Below are positions 1-13,116 of a DNA stretch of 64,000 nucleotides, in pieces. Origin of the DNA: Octopus vulgaris. Its lineage: Eukaryota. The first letter of the stretch is position 1, and each line of letters starts with the position of its first letter. Both the position numbers and the translations under genes were made by a program. Where the stretch lies: contig OX597831.1 in the NCBI GenBank assembly GCA_951406725.2, positions 49,476,001 to 49,540,000 of the forward strand, read 5' to 3'. The notes beneath the pieces are model-generated. The model worked only from the letters and a program-made list of their open reading frames with translations. It searched no databases and was not told the origin of the DNA.

Positions 1-591
1 TTGGCTTCAGCTTCTTGCAAATCGATCACGGTTGCTCATTCTTTGACTCGTTGGAGCTCTTATTGTTGGGTAGATGCTTGGAAACTAATATCGTTTTTTT
101 ATTGCTCTAGATAGAATCGGTGGCCATTACGCACACACACACACAAGCAATAATATTTATGGAGACGACTTAAGGAAAATGTAAACGGAAAGGAGAAACA
201 AAAGCAAAGACACTCACTATCAAATGAATGTTTCTTGTTTATGAAGTATCAGGGGATTATGAATAGGAAAAAAAATACGAACAAAGAGAAGAAAAGAAGA
301 GTTTTCTTTTAGATTGTGGTGAATGTTTGTTCAATATACCTGAGTGATTTTCGTTTATAATAATGGAAATGATTAAGCCATTTTTTTTTTTGCATCAGAG
401 AAATCGTTTCCATAAACACTACGAAAGACAACTTAGCAATAGACAACTGTGAACATGAAGACAAATACACTTATAAAATATTTATGCGTCCGCAAACTCA
501 TACTCACACATACTCTTAGACACACACATACTCTTAGACACACACATATTTATACACAAATATGCAGACACACACAAATATACAGATATAA

Positions 592-617
592 GTGTGTGAG
601 TGTATGTGTGTGTGTGT

Positions 618-655
<38 letters not shown>

Positions 656-960
656 GTGTGTGTGTGTGTGTGTTTGTGTGTCTGTGTGCATGTGTGTGTG
701 CGAACGTATTCCTTTTGCCATCTAATGCAAAAATATTTATATATTTATATGCCGAAATATTTCATATTACAAACTGACTTATGCCTCCCTCTCTCTATTT
801 CTCTCTCTCTCTCTCTCTTCCTCCTTTCTCTTTCTCTCACTTTCTGTCTCTCTCACCCATCTCTCTCTGTTCTCTCTCTCACCCTCTCTTTCTCACTTTT
901 TCTCTCTTTCCCCTCTCTCTTTTTCTCTCTCTCTTCCTCTCTCTCTTTCTCTCTGTTTTT

Positions 961-991
<31 letters not shown>

Positions 992-1156
992 GTTTTTCTC
1001 TCTCTCTCATACACGCAATATACACAAGCACCTATACACAGAAAAATACCAATGCATTTGCTTTTATCTCTTTTACTGTACGCGTACACCCTACAAATAT
1101 ACATATACAATCACACATACACAGGCACACATATACACGCTCACTCACACGTACAT

Positions 1157-1222
<66 letters not shown>
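592..1222. repeat. Compound microsatellite / low-complexity block: (TG)n, CT-rich tract, (CA)n
   Basis: (TG)n ~592-700, degenerate (CT)n ~790-1008, (CA)n ~1158-1222; explains the overlapping low-complexity ORFs. Confidence 0.95.
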
Positions 1223-1226
<4 letters not shown>

Positions 1227-2666
1227 CCGCTAATATGTTGCATGCACACGTGTGAGTATCAGTGCGTGTGTCTGTGTATGTGTGTTAGTGGTGGAAGAGT
1301 AAGCTAGATAGTTCGTTGGATGGACGGTTATTAAGAGCTGTAGAAAAGAAAAAGATGAAGAGGAGGAACGATAAGGAAACAAAGTGATATTTACGCATCC
1401 ATTCTCTCTCCTTTTATTTAGAGTGTCTTTCGTATCTAGCAATTTGTCAGAAGATCTAACAGTAAGAGCAAATGTCATCTAGGTTTCTTCACATTCTGGC
1501 AGTTTTATGAGGCAGAATCGATTCGATATTGTGCATTATCCATTTGTGCCTCGTCCTCAGCTTACCGCTCTGACGATAATGTCTACTTAAACTTCCGAGA
1601 GCAATTTTGTCTTGTTGATCTAAATGCATCGACAAAGAAACATTTAACGGAAAGATATTAGCCGCAGAGGAATTTCTCTCTATCTGGAGCCGCCAAAGAA
1701 GCTATGTAATCATTCGATTTGCTATAAATAGTCACCAAACAACCCTCAAATTAAATTATGCATTCAACATTCGTATCTACGTGTATTCTTGAGGATGAGG
1801 AGTTAATTTATTTGAAAAACATCTAAAACTAGATTATGTACTTTGTGAACAATAAGGCTATTGGTTATGGGGTTTCAAATGTCTAAACGTTGGCTCATTG
1901 GATTTCTGAGACGAGAGAGACACGTTTGTTGTGTGCATGTGTGTTTGCACCTTTGTGTGTGGGTGTGGATGTGCATGTGTGCGTGTGTCTGTGTGTGCGT
2001 ATGTGCGCTTGCAGACATGTGTGTGTGTGGAACATGGATGAAAAATCCTGAAGTGTGCTTGATAGGAAGTACTGGTTTATCAAACTTTCCCGCTGATGTA
2101 TATATCTCTGATCATTATTCCTCGGTAACCACTGCCATATGTGTGCGTACGATACGAAATCTATTGCCCCCAGAGACAGACAGGTGCAAGAATTTTCTCT
2201 CAAAAGTCTTTGGGGGACCCAAAGCATTGGCAGAAAACTCTGGATCAAATTCTCGCCCAATGGAATGCAATTATAGGTTACTTGATTAAGAAACGTGAAA
2301 CTCTTAACTGCATTTTTAAAACCTCTTCTGCTGATGTTGTTGCTTTGTGTACAGAGAGTGAAAGTTAAATAAATATCTCTGTCCGTCTGTGTAGACGATC
2401 CTTGTCAATCGTATTTTTCACCCGATAGAAATAATCGACATAGTTCACGACGAACCAATAAACTATTTGCTAATCATGCAATGCTACCCAGCAGCTTACG
2501 GTTTCAACTTCCGAGTTTAGTGGATGAAAGCCATTAAATAATTTAAATATGTTGACCAAGCGCATACTTTAGTTCCAGAAGGAGAACTGTCGAATTCTTT
2601 TCAGAGTGTAACAATATGCTATAAGCTGTAAAGCGTCTGACAAGAATTGCCTTCATTAGTCTAGAT

Positions 2667-2981
2667 CAGGAATACTCAACCATGTTTTATCCATGGACCC
2701 CCATCAATTACTATTTTATTCTGGTGGACCCCCGTAGCCATTTGATGTTTGAAAACTAGTTTTATAGAAACTTTTTTCAAATTTTCGTTTTTCACGCATT
2801 ATCTTGTGTAGGTTGAGCTATGTAAAATGTTAGAGAAAGAAACCTGGCTGTTTCTTGCAATACATACCAATAAATACATTTAAAACAAAATGTTTTTAGG
2901 GGCCCTTAAAATATTATTAAGGGTCCCCAATTTATTATCTTGTTGCAAAACCACCATATGTACGCTGGTCGAGAACCACTG
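2667..2981. mobile_element. Non-autonomous hAT (Charlie-like) MITE, copy 1
   Basis: Imperfect TIRs CAGGAATACTCAACC / GGTCGAGAACCACTG; exact 8-bp TSD GTCTAGAT at 2659-2666 and 2982-2989, matching the NTCTAGAN target typical of hAT-Charlie; homologous to 51327-52036. Confidence 0.85.
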
Positions 2982-3477
2982 GTCTAGATTCTCAGTATAA
3001 ATTGGGTCGATATTATCGTTGTCACTCAATAAAGGAGCCACTATGTTATTCCTTGGCCAACAAAATATAGCAGCCAAATAATTTCAAATTATATCATACT
3101 GTTTGAGGAAAACGGAAGGACGCTATAATGGGCAATGTTGACGTACTTACACTATAAGACGAAATGGTTACAGCTGCCTCGCCTTTGATTACAGAAACAC
3201 CCCAATGGAAGTTGACATGGGGCGAACCAATAACATGAAAGACTTCTTAGTCGGTAAACATGAACCTGTGACTTTCTGGTAATTACACAGATCCTGTAAC
3301 AAAATCTGAACTCAGGGTTACTCAAACAATATAATTACTTATAGTTTTTTTCTATAATTTCCTTCTCGCACATACATTCCCACACCAGTTCGCTTTCTCC
3401 CTATCAACAACCGTTTCTCTCGCTCTATCTTTTCAATATCATTTCTCCCGCTCTCTCATTCGATATTTTCATTTTCG

Positions 3478-3655
3478 TCTTCTTCTTCTTCTTCTTCTTC
3501 TTCTTCTTCTTCTTCTTCTTCTTCTTCTTCTTCTTCTTCTTCTTCTTCTTCTTCTTCTTCTTCTTCTTCTCCTCTCTCTCTCTCTCTCTCTCTCGCTCTC
3601 GCTCTCTCTCTCGCCCTCTCTCTCGCCCTCTCTCTCGCTCACTCTATCTCTCTCA
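3478..3655. repeat. (TTC)n followed by (CT)n microsatellite
   Basis: Seen directly. Confidence 0.95.
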
Positions 3656-4058
3656 TTCACGATGTATGTATGAATTATTTTATATTTTTTTTTTATTTAT
3701 TTTCCTCATAACATTTCGTTCATGTGTAATTTCCACTTAACGATTTCGCACAAATCTCAGTTAATTGCTGCTATAAATATTGTATTACACCCTTATGCAT
3801 TATGTATTACATCCTAATGCAACTATTATAAAACGTTTTCCTTTAAATTCGTTACACAACAATATATTAATTACTGGACACACCAAGAAAAATCTCATTA
3901 AAATTATGCAAGGTTAACTGTTGGTACATACATACTCACATACATATATACATACGTACATACACACATATATACATACATATAGACATACCTGTACACA
4001 TACATACATACATACATACATACATACATACATACATACATACATACATACATACATC

Positions 4059-4091
<33 letters not shown>

Positions 4092-4114
<23 letters not shown>

Positions 4115-5140
4115 CAAGAGAGTTAGAGGTTGTGAATCCAACCAACTAAGGGATAATATCTATCCAATATACTGCTGATAGAAAACCCAATTATTAATAC
4201 ATAAGTGTTTTTTCATTACATGGCAATTACTCGGCTGAATGTAATAAATGGGTCAGGGTAAAAAGGTTTTTTTACCCTTAATTTACAAAGCAATAAGAAA
4301 AGGAGGGGATCAAGAGTTGGTATTCATCAACTTTTAGACATTAAATTATGTCTATTTATTTATTTCATAACAAGACACTTATAACAATATAACAATATAC
4401 ACACGTGTGTAACATATTATGCTTTACATATGTAATATATAAAAATACCAGTAATTATTAAAATATATAACATAGAGCATAGAATGTAGGATAGTCTCTT
4501 ACAGCTGTTTCAGCCAAGAGGCCATAGTACCCCACTTTATTTCCATCCCTTCAGTGAACTGAAGTATTTGGTAGATAAGATTAAGGTACTTGAGTGTGTC
4601 TCTGGGCTTCGTCAGAGAGTTTAGAAGGTTCATAAGGTTAAGTTATAAATATAAATACATACATATACATACACTTTTACATATACATACATATACACTA
4701 ATATACATTAACACATATGTATATTCATATAAATATAAATATAAATAGAGTGACAGAGGGTACTGAGTAATCAAAGCATTGCTAGAAATAAGAGTCAAAA
4801 CAACTCAGTTGCCACAGGTTAATCCCATCAAATTACTAGTAAGCCACCCATATTATTTGTAGTTTTCATTTTTACCGGTCTTGAAATCAGCATATAAGTT
4901 CAACGGATATCTTATAAAATGACAAGGTGAGTTGAGTTTAACCCTTGGTGTAGTAAGAGCCACCGATGAGAATTATGATGCTCTGGCATCAAAATTCAAA
5001 ATCACCGCTGATCTGGTTATATCCATAGTTGTAGGGAGCTTGTATCCCTTGTCATTCATTAAGATGATGCTATCTGTGGCTATCGAGTTGTTTTGATTCT
5101 TATTTCTAGCAATGGGGGTACTACTTAGTATCCCCTGCCA
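4092..5140 (-). mobile_element. Probable Penelope-like element (PLE) terminal region with hammerhead and inverted arms
   Basis: Sits between microsatellites; 4092-4460 recurs (partly inverted) at 26403-26728; contains a hammerhead motif (4496-4619) and inverted arms 4750-4817/5074-5140. No ORF, so the PLE call is inferred from the ribozyme and inversion. Confidence 0.55.
4496..4619 (-). ncRNA. Type I hammerhead ribozyme motif with extended stem II
   Basis: Minus strand: CTCT-CTGACGA-AGCCCAGAG...CTCTTGGCT-GAAAC-AGCT-GTA|AGAG. Full CUGANGA/GAAA/GUH core, stem I CTCT:AGAG, stem III AC:GT around palindromic AGCT. Confidence 0.75.
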
Positions 5141-5166
5141 CTGTAGCGACGTCTATAATTTTGTCT

Positions 5167-5211
<45 letters not shown>

Positions 5212-5657
5212 CACACATACATACATGCATGCATACACATGCATACATGCATACATACATACATGCATACATCCATACATACGTACATACATACATACAT
5301 ACATACATACATACATACATACATACATACACATATACATACAAGAGACTGCGATCAGATTGGAGCTCTAGGAATTTAGTGTGAAGCTGGCTGAAGAGGC
5401 TCTGAGGAGGGAGGAGGTGTGACTCAGGGACAGAGATGGGGGGACGAGATGTACTGAAAGAGGTTTAATAGTGTTGAAAATACTTCATTGACGAGCCGGT
5501 ATATGTCAATGCTTAAAAGATTATTGAATTATCCTGCATATGTGTGTGCGTGTGTGTGTGACGAAGGCATTAAAGTTAAAACCTCAAAGTCATTGTCAAA
5601 CTTTTTCCCTGAAAAAATGTGTATACACACACACACACATACTTATATACCTATATA

Positions 5658-5775
<118 letters not shown>

Positions 5776-6229
5776 TATATACATATATATACACACACAT
5801 TAAATATATATATATAATATAAATACTTGCAGAGCATAAAATGGTCGCCATGATAGAGAGTCACGTCATTGATTTAATATAATTGTAGTTTTTGAATAGT
5901 GTTTACGAGATTCCATGTTATAATCAATTAGACTTTTTTCTTGGCTTTAAATGGCAATAATATGGTAAATGACCTCTTGAACGACAGATGAATGCATAAA
6001 CAAAGAATGAAAAGAAATGTTTATCTTCTCGTTGAATGACCTTGGTATCGCTGTGCGGTTATGAAGATTGCTTCGGAGGATCCACTTCGATTCCAGCTTC
6101 GATTTCATTCTGCGATCCTTGAACGAATGCCTTCTACGATAGCTTCGAATTAGCCAGCACTTTGCGAGTGGAATCTTATGGGCGGAAACCTTGCATATGT
6201 TTTATGTATATATTTTACACACGCACACA

Positions 6230-6301
<72 letters not shown>

Positions 6302-6311
6302 AAAACACATA

Positions 6312-6520
6312 CTCTTTTATTCTTTTTCCTTTTTAATTCTTTCAATCATTTGACTGCAGCCATGCTAGAGCACCCCTTTTAGCCGAACAAATCGACCCCG
6401 GGTCTTATTCTTTGTAAGCCTAGTACTTATTTTACCGGTCCGAGGCTATAGTAGAAGACACTTGCCCAAGGTGCTACGCAGTGGGACTGAACCCGGAACC
6501 ATGTGATTGGGAAGAAAACT
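6312..6520 (-). mobile_element. SINE family A copy with internal deletion
   Basis: Matches the tail and head of 10586-11008 but jumps from ...TTTACCGGTC to CGAGGCTATAG, losing the microsatellite-bearing middle. An older degraded head lies at ~6045-6200 (+). Confidence 0.8.
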
Positions 6521-6577
<57 letters not shown>

Positions 6578-6714
6578 CACTTACACATGCACACATCTAA
6601 ATGTCAAAGTCACTAACCCCTATCCACACGCACGCATTTTAACAATCACACATACACACACGTATTCGCTTCTTCATTTTAAGAGCAGCAGTACTTCTTC
6701 CCAACTCTCCTGTC

Positions 6715-6915
6715 TAACTATCTTTTTCCAACGAGTCGACATGACCGATCGCTAAATTCACAAGGTTTTTTATTCTCTCTGTTTATTTCATCGTGTTCCT
6801 GTCTGTTGAAGAGCGTAGACTCGAAACGTAAAATACTTTCTTACTTTCCCGAGCGTCAAACTAATACATGCTTGTTTCTACACCTCTCTTCGTCTTTTGT
6901 TTTTCCGTAAATTTC

Positions 6916-6918
<3 letters not shown>
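6715..6918 (+). mobile_element. PLE terminal-repeat fragment with variant hammerhead core
   Basis: Homologous to 40820-41055; contains CTGTTGAAGAGCGTAGACTCGAAACGTA (6803-6830); ends in (AT)n. Confidence 0.6.
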
Positions 6919-6966
<48 letters not shown>

Positions 6967-7286
6967 GGAGCACTCCGTCGGTTACGACGACGAGGGTCCC
7001 AGCTGATACGACCAACGGAACAGGTTGCTCGTGAAATTAACGTGCAAGTGACTGAGCAATCCACAGACACGCGTACCCCTAACGTAGTTCTCAGGGAGAT
7101 TCAGCGTGACACAGAGTGTGACAAAGCCGGCCCTTTGAAATACAGGTACAACTCATTTTTGCCAGCTGAGTGGACTGGAGCAACGTGAAATAAAGTGTCT
7201 TGCTCAAGGACACAACGTGTCGCCAGGAATTGAACTCACAACCTTACAATCGATAGCCGAATGCCTTAACCACTATGCCACGTGTC
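6967..7286 (-). mobile_element. tRNA-derived CORE-type SINE (body X, tail 1)
   Basis: Minus-strand A box (TGGCATAGTGG) and B box (GAGTTCAATTCC), CORE-like TGTGTCCTTGAGCAAGACACTT...CAGCTGGCAAAAATGAGT; near-identical to 30132-30440. Confidence 0.85.
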
Positions 7287-9354
7287 ATATATATTGATAT
7301 ACATGAAAGGATGCACGTATGTGTATAAAGTTTACAGGTATATAGGTAGCTTCTGTTGCTGATTCATATTGGCAAAGTCTCTAAACATCAGTGACAATTC
7401 AGAAAAAAATGACGCTTTCCGTATGACTAGTGACACACTTTCTTCTTTGCCAGTTTCCGTCAGAAATATTCTCAACCATTGATTGACCTTTTGGAACGCT
7501 GTTGTTTACTTTATACTTATATCTTCCATGAGGAACACATTGGTAAAATCTGCATGCTTGGATACGCAATAGGAGGTTTTTATTACAGTGAAGAATTTGG
7601 TGGTAGATTATAAAGCCGCTTAAAGTAGGTGATGCAACTATTTCAACTCAGTCTCAGTGTGGGTAAAATTAAGATTTTGAGATTACTGGTGGTAATATCG
7701 AGTCGTAAACTTGTAGAAAATCGGAGAATAAAAAAATAGTGATTGGAAAGTTGAATGATCTTGCGGAGTGGAGAATCTGACGATTTATTTTGAACTAATA
7801 ATCTTCATCTATGTATAAGGAAAAGAAACTGTTGCTCTGTTGATTTTTCAGGTATTTGTCCACCACTCTAGTAATTCTACCAATCGACTCGCCTTAAATG
7901 TCGGAACGTTAGACAAAATGTTATCCGGTTTCTTTCGCCTGCGTACTTTATGAGTTGAAATCTCTCTGAGATCAACTTGATCTTTCATCCTTCCGCTATC
8001 GAATAAATTATCTAACCTGGCGTCAATAAAGTTGTAATAAAGCTTAATGGAAGTTATTAGTCAAAGCAGGACAAAGTGTCCTGTATCTAGTTACGTCTCT
8101 ATACCTGTTGTTCAAACCAATCCATTGACGACAATGCGTTTTATACTTCCCGGAAGACGCTTTTATGGGGTTCAACGGCAGTTTTAGGTCAGCTGTATAA
8201 GCCTGTATGGGGTTGGAGAGCTAAGAATGGGACATCACACTCAAGGGTTGCTCTAACAGTAAATACTTCAGTTTTTTTTCCACAGGGAGTCCTATACTTC
8301 CAGCTTAATCACTTGAAAATCCGTATACTTCCCAGCCTCACATGTCATCAGACTCAAAGATGCTTAAATATTCTAAATTCAAATCCAGATATGGCGTCAA
8401 TTTCTCCATGATTGGATACGAATGAATTTATGATATGCTTGGCACTAATGCCATTGTTATTACTTTCTTCATTAAAAACAATTCACCCAATTCCTACGTC
8501 ATTATTTTCAGCAATAATTACACTATTTATTATATGGCAGCCTTAGTTTTATTATTCAATCATAATATTTCACAAATCAACGAAGACAGGCGATTTATCT
8601 CTATTCATTACGAACGTCCTTAAATTACTTTATCGTCAAATAACATCAGATTAGCATTCGCCATTGGTCCAACCCTTAATTCGTATTCTTATTAATTTGA
8701 GAGATGAAGTAGAAGAATTATATTTCCTTCCGTTTTCCCCTTTGGCTCATATTTATTTTTCTTCTCGTCTGACATTTCATCTTCTAAAAAAAAAAAAAAA
8801 GAAAGAAAAAAAACCTTCCATGCAATTTATGCTTTCCGATATTAACCTATTTAATATTTCATCTTTTTGAGCTATTTTATATCGCATCATTAAAGCTTTA
8901 TTCTATTATTTCATTATATTTTATTTTGTTTTATAAATCTAAAGTATTTTTTATATCCTTTTCTTGTTTTAATACTTTATCTAAAATTATCTTTGATTTA
9001 TTTGAAGCCGTATTTTTTAAATCTTAATTTTCTCAAATATCTTTGTAAAAACTTCATCATTTTCTTCGTATTTTAAAAATTTTCTTTCTCACTAATAATC
9101 AGCTGTTTCCATGTCGATGAATAGAGCGACTTTCGTAAATAATATCCCTGATGTTATTATGGAAGGCATTCTTTCTATTACAATTCCACGACTGAATGTC
9201 CATTAGCCGCCCACTTCTCAACAAAAAATGCCATAAATTTAATTTTTTACATGACGGAAATTATTCAAGCTTCACAATTTTCAACCCAACTTTATACTTT
9301 ACTCAATTGTCTAATTTGTTTTGTTTTGTTATCTACTATTCTTAGTTATTTTAA

Positions 9355-10570
9355 AGGCGGTCTAGATGGCAGAATCATTAGCACACCGGACAAAACGTTT
9401 AGTGGCATTTCGTCCGTGTACATTCAGAGTTAAAATCCCACCAACGTTGACGCTGCTTTTCATTCTTTCGAAATCAATATAATAGTTACCAGTTGAGCGC
9501 AGAGGTCAATCTAGTCGAATACCATTTTCCCTGCAAATTTTCGGTTTTGTGCCGATAATAGAAAAGATTATAATATATAGCAAAGGCAGCAAGCTGGCAG
9601 AAACGTTAGCACGCGGGCGAAATGCTTAGCGGTATTTCGTCTGCCGTTACGTTGTGAGTTTAAATTCCGTCGAGGTCGACTTTGCCTTTCATCTTTTCGG
9701 GGTCGAGTAAATAAGTACCAGTTACGCACTGGGGTCGATATAATCTACTTCATCTGTTTGTCTGTCCTTGTTTGTCCTCTCTGTGTTTATTCCCTTGTGG
9801 GTAGTAAAGAAATAGGTACTGGGATGAGATGTCGATTAGCCCCTCTTCTTCCCTTCAAAACTTCTAGCCTTGTACCTAAATAAGAAGTCTTTATTATTTA
9901 TAGCAGAATGAAGTGTTCATCCAAATACTTGGTGATATAGAACTTAAATACCTTCACGTTCTGTTAACATCAAATTTCTCCCTTTTTTAAAAATCCCTGT
10001 GGAGTCAACAAAATTAGTACCAATCATATACTGAGATTGATTTAAGCAACTTTATCATTCCCCACCCTCAAAATAATTCTATATTTACGCTAATGTTCGA
10101 AGACGTTGAACAAACCAATATAATCCAGAATGGTAGACTGGCAGAACCACTAGAGTGACGTACAGAATGATTTTCGGTAGTTAATTACATTGCTTTACGG
10201 GCGTTCTGGATTCAAATCCTTTCAGAGTCGATTTTGATTTTCATTGTTGTGGGTATAAGTAAAATAAATACCAACATCAAACACTGGAGTAGATTGAAAT
10301 GACATAGCCGTTACCAACATCTATGGCCCTGTACTATATTAGAAGTAATTATGATCCATCTGCAGGAGATGGTGGGTTGGTAGAATAGTTAAAGTGGCTA
10401 TAAAACCTTTTTGCCTTCATGTTCTGCGTTCAAAGCAAAGTCGACCAATTTAACTTTTCTTCTCTTTAAGTTCGATAAAATTATGAAGCAGTCAAGCAAT
10501 GTGGTCGATTCAATCCATTAACTTCCTTCTCGCAAGGTTACTATTATAATTTAGTGCCAACATTAGAAAC
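9355..10570 (+). mobile_element. Head-to-tail array of SINE family E units (about five, one young at 9584-9815)
   Basis: Recurring GGCAGAAnCGTTAG ... GAGTTCAAATTCC ... CTTTCATCCTT ... GGGGTCGAT motifs at ~200-bp spacing; the young unit matches 57337-57567. Confidence 0.75.
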
Positions 10571-10585
10571 AATTATTATCTAATA

Positions 10586-11008
10586 GGCGCGGGAGTGGCT
10601 GTGTGGTAAGTAGCTTGCTTACCAACCACATGGTTCCGGGTTCAGTTCCACTGCGTGGCACCTTGGGCAAGTGTCTTCTACTATAGCCTCGGGCCGACCA
10701 AAGCCTTGTGAGTGGATTTTGTAGACGGAAACTGAAAGAAGCCCGTCGTATATATGTATATGTATATATATGTATGTGTGTGTGTGTTTGTGTGTGTTTG
10801 TGTTTGTTCCCCCAAAACATCGCTTGACAACCGATGCTGGTGTGCTTACGTTCCCGTCACTTAGCGGTTCGGCAAAAGAGACCGATAGAATAAGTACTAG
10901 GCTTTCAAAGAATAAGTCCTGGGGTCGATTTGCTCGACTAAAGGCGGTGCTCCAGCATGGCCGCAATCAAATGACTGAAACAAGTAAAAGAGTAAAGAGT
11001 AAAGAGAG
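10586..11008 (+). mobile_element. SINE family A, full length, with internal (TA)n(TG)n microsatellite
   Basis: tRNA-like head with A box TGGCTGTGTGG and B box GGTTCAGTTCC, internal microsatellite, 3' CAGCATGGCCGCA..GACTGAAAC and (GTAAAAGA)n tail; at least 10 homologous pieces in the window. Confidence 0.9.
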
Positions 11009-11869
11009 TCCAAAGAAAACTTGGACAATATCATTAAAGAGCTGAAACAGTTGCTTTAAAGAGCTTAATGTGGCATTTCCCTGCTCTGAGTTTTGAAAAA
11101 ATATAATGCTCTCCAAACACATATTTATGGCATGAAATCAGTGCTAAACATTAAGTACTTTGAAACTCTAATATGTACACATTGTAACTGTCAAGCACTT
11201 TGTCGTTTCTCGACTGAATATATTTAACGTTCACCATCCATTTTTGTTGATACTGTGGTGTTGATGGCAGTGAGGATGTAGGCTCATGTTATCGTGTAGG
11301 CTTATGTTAAATGATATAGTTAATATAGCTACCTTAATAGGTGGAAAATCAACAATAAGGCGGTTATAATTATTTTCATAGCAAAAAAAAAAACAAAAAA
11401 AAAACAAGAAACAAAAAAGCAAGAAGGGCTCTCCGCCATTGCAGATATAATCACTGTGCTCTTATGGTTCAAAATATCTCAAACCAACTGGATAATCCCT
11501 GCTGTGATGGATAGTTACATTAAATATTTAATTTCAATTAGGACCGCTTGACATTATTAGGGCGTCAACTATGTTATGAAGGTTCAGTTGTATTTGCATG
11601 GAAGAATCAGCCTGTTTGCGCTTCCATTAAATGGTTTCTGTCAACAATTATCTGCTGGATTTAGGATGTTTGCTTGTGTTCTAGGTAGTTCTCCAATTAC
11701 CTTCTTTCACAACAGTGAAAGAGAAAAAAATGTCACGGAAGCCATTGTTACAATCAATATCCTTTTTTCCTATAAATCCCAGTTTTCCTGACTCTGTAAA
11801 AGCAATGTCCAATTTATCATTGCTATCGTTATCATCCTTATCATAACAATCATTATCATCATCGCTAAA

Positions 11870-12240
11870 TTGTTAGAGCGTTAAAAAAAGTATCTGTAAA
11901 ACCTTGCGTCATTCGTTCTTTCAGGCTGTTTACATTATGACTTCCAATTCAACTGGTGTCAACGTTTCTGTTCTTTCTACATGGTCGGTAAAATAAGCAA
12001 TCGTAAATCACAGGGGTCGGTTTAATCGATTGATCCCTCCAACAAACTTCTGACTTTGAGCCTGTTGTAGGAATTATAAAAGGAAGAATTATTACCGTGC
12101 CTGGTAAATGCATTGCAATGTTTGTCTTGGATATGCATTCTGAGATCTAATCCCGCCTCGGGCAACTCTGCCTTTCATCCCTACGGAATCAATACAATCA
12201 AGTACCAGTGAAGTACCGAGTGCAATGTTCACTCGACTTG
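11870..12240 (+). mobile_element. Two degraded SINE family E units
   Basis: Remnants such as GCCTTTCATCC, AAGTACCAGT, GGGGTCG. Confidence 0.5.
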
Positions 12241-12667
12241 CCAGTTGTAACAACGGATTCAATAAAATCATACTATCCTAGCTTAAATAAAGCAAGAACA
12301 CATATGCATAAATCTTTGAGACGGCCACAGTTTGGATGGCTTAGTCCGAAGTACTGTTGAATCAGAATGGAGCCCAGAGCTAAATATCAACAATATCGCA
12401 GAATAGCCTTCCATTTCTGAAATAACTGCTATCGCTATGCTATTTGTGTAGGGTGACCATTTTGTAAATGTTAGACTCAAAGCTACGTTTAGAGATATTA
12501 GGGTGCAGTAATATTGTAGCGGTTTTGACCCCAAGCAGTAACAATAACTGGACTATTTAAAAGAAGTTGTATGACGATGTGGATAGTATAATAGTTTAGC
12601 AGAATTCACCACTGTATTGGCATTCTAACAGCAAGAAAAAAAGACCAGACTTTAGACGCTGTGGAGT

Positions 12668-12720
<53 letters not shown>

Positions 12721-13116
12721 CACACACTCCTTTTCTCTTTTACTCTTTAATATGTTTCAGTCATTTGACTGTGGCTATGCTGGAGCACCGCCTTTAGTCG
12801 ATCGAGCAAATCGACCCCAGGACTTATTCTTTGTAAGCCTAGTACTTATTCTATCGGTCTCTTTTGCCGAACCGCTAAGTTACGGGGACGTAAACACACC
12901 AGCATCGGTTGTCAAGCGATGTTGGGAGGGGGGAAAACATATACTCGCACATACATATATATATATACATATATACGGCGGGCTTCTTTCTGTTTCCATC
13001 TACAAAATCCACTCACAAAACTTTGGTCGGCCCGAGGCTATAGTAGAAGACACTTGCCCAAGATGCCACGCAGTGGGACCGAACCCGGAACCATGTGGTT
13101 CGTAAGCAAGCTACTT

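Noticed and set aside
1861-2368. Overlapping 75-142 aa ORFs in semi-unique sequence
   Set aside because: Partly (TG)n; no domain similarity or convincing splice signals.
10563-11045. Recurrent similar ORFs (e.g. [28 protein letters not shown]) resembling a gene family
   Set aside because: Chance frames in copies of non-coding SINE family A; frames are not conserved between copies.
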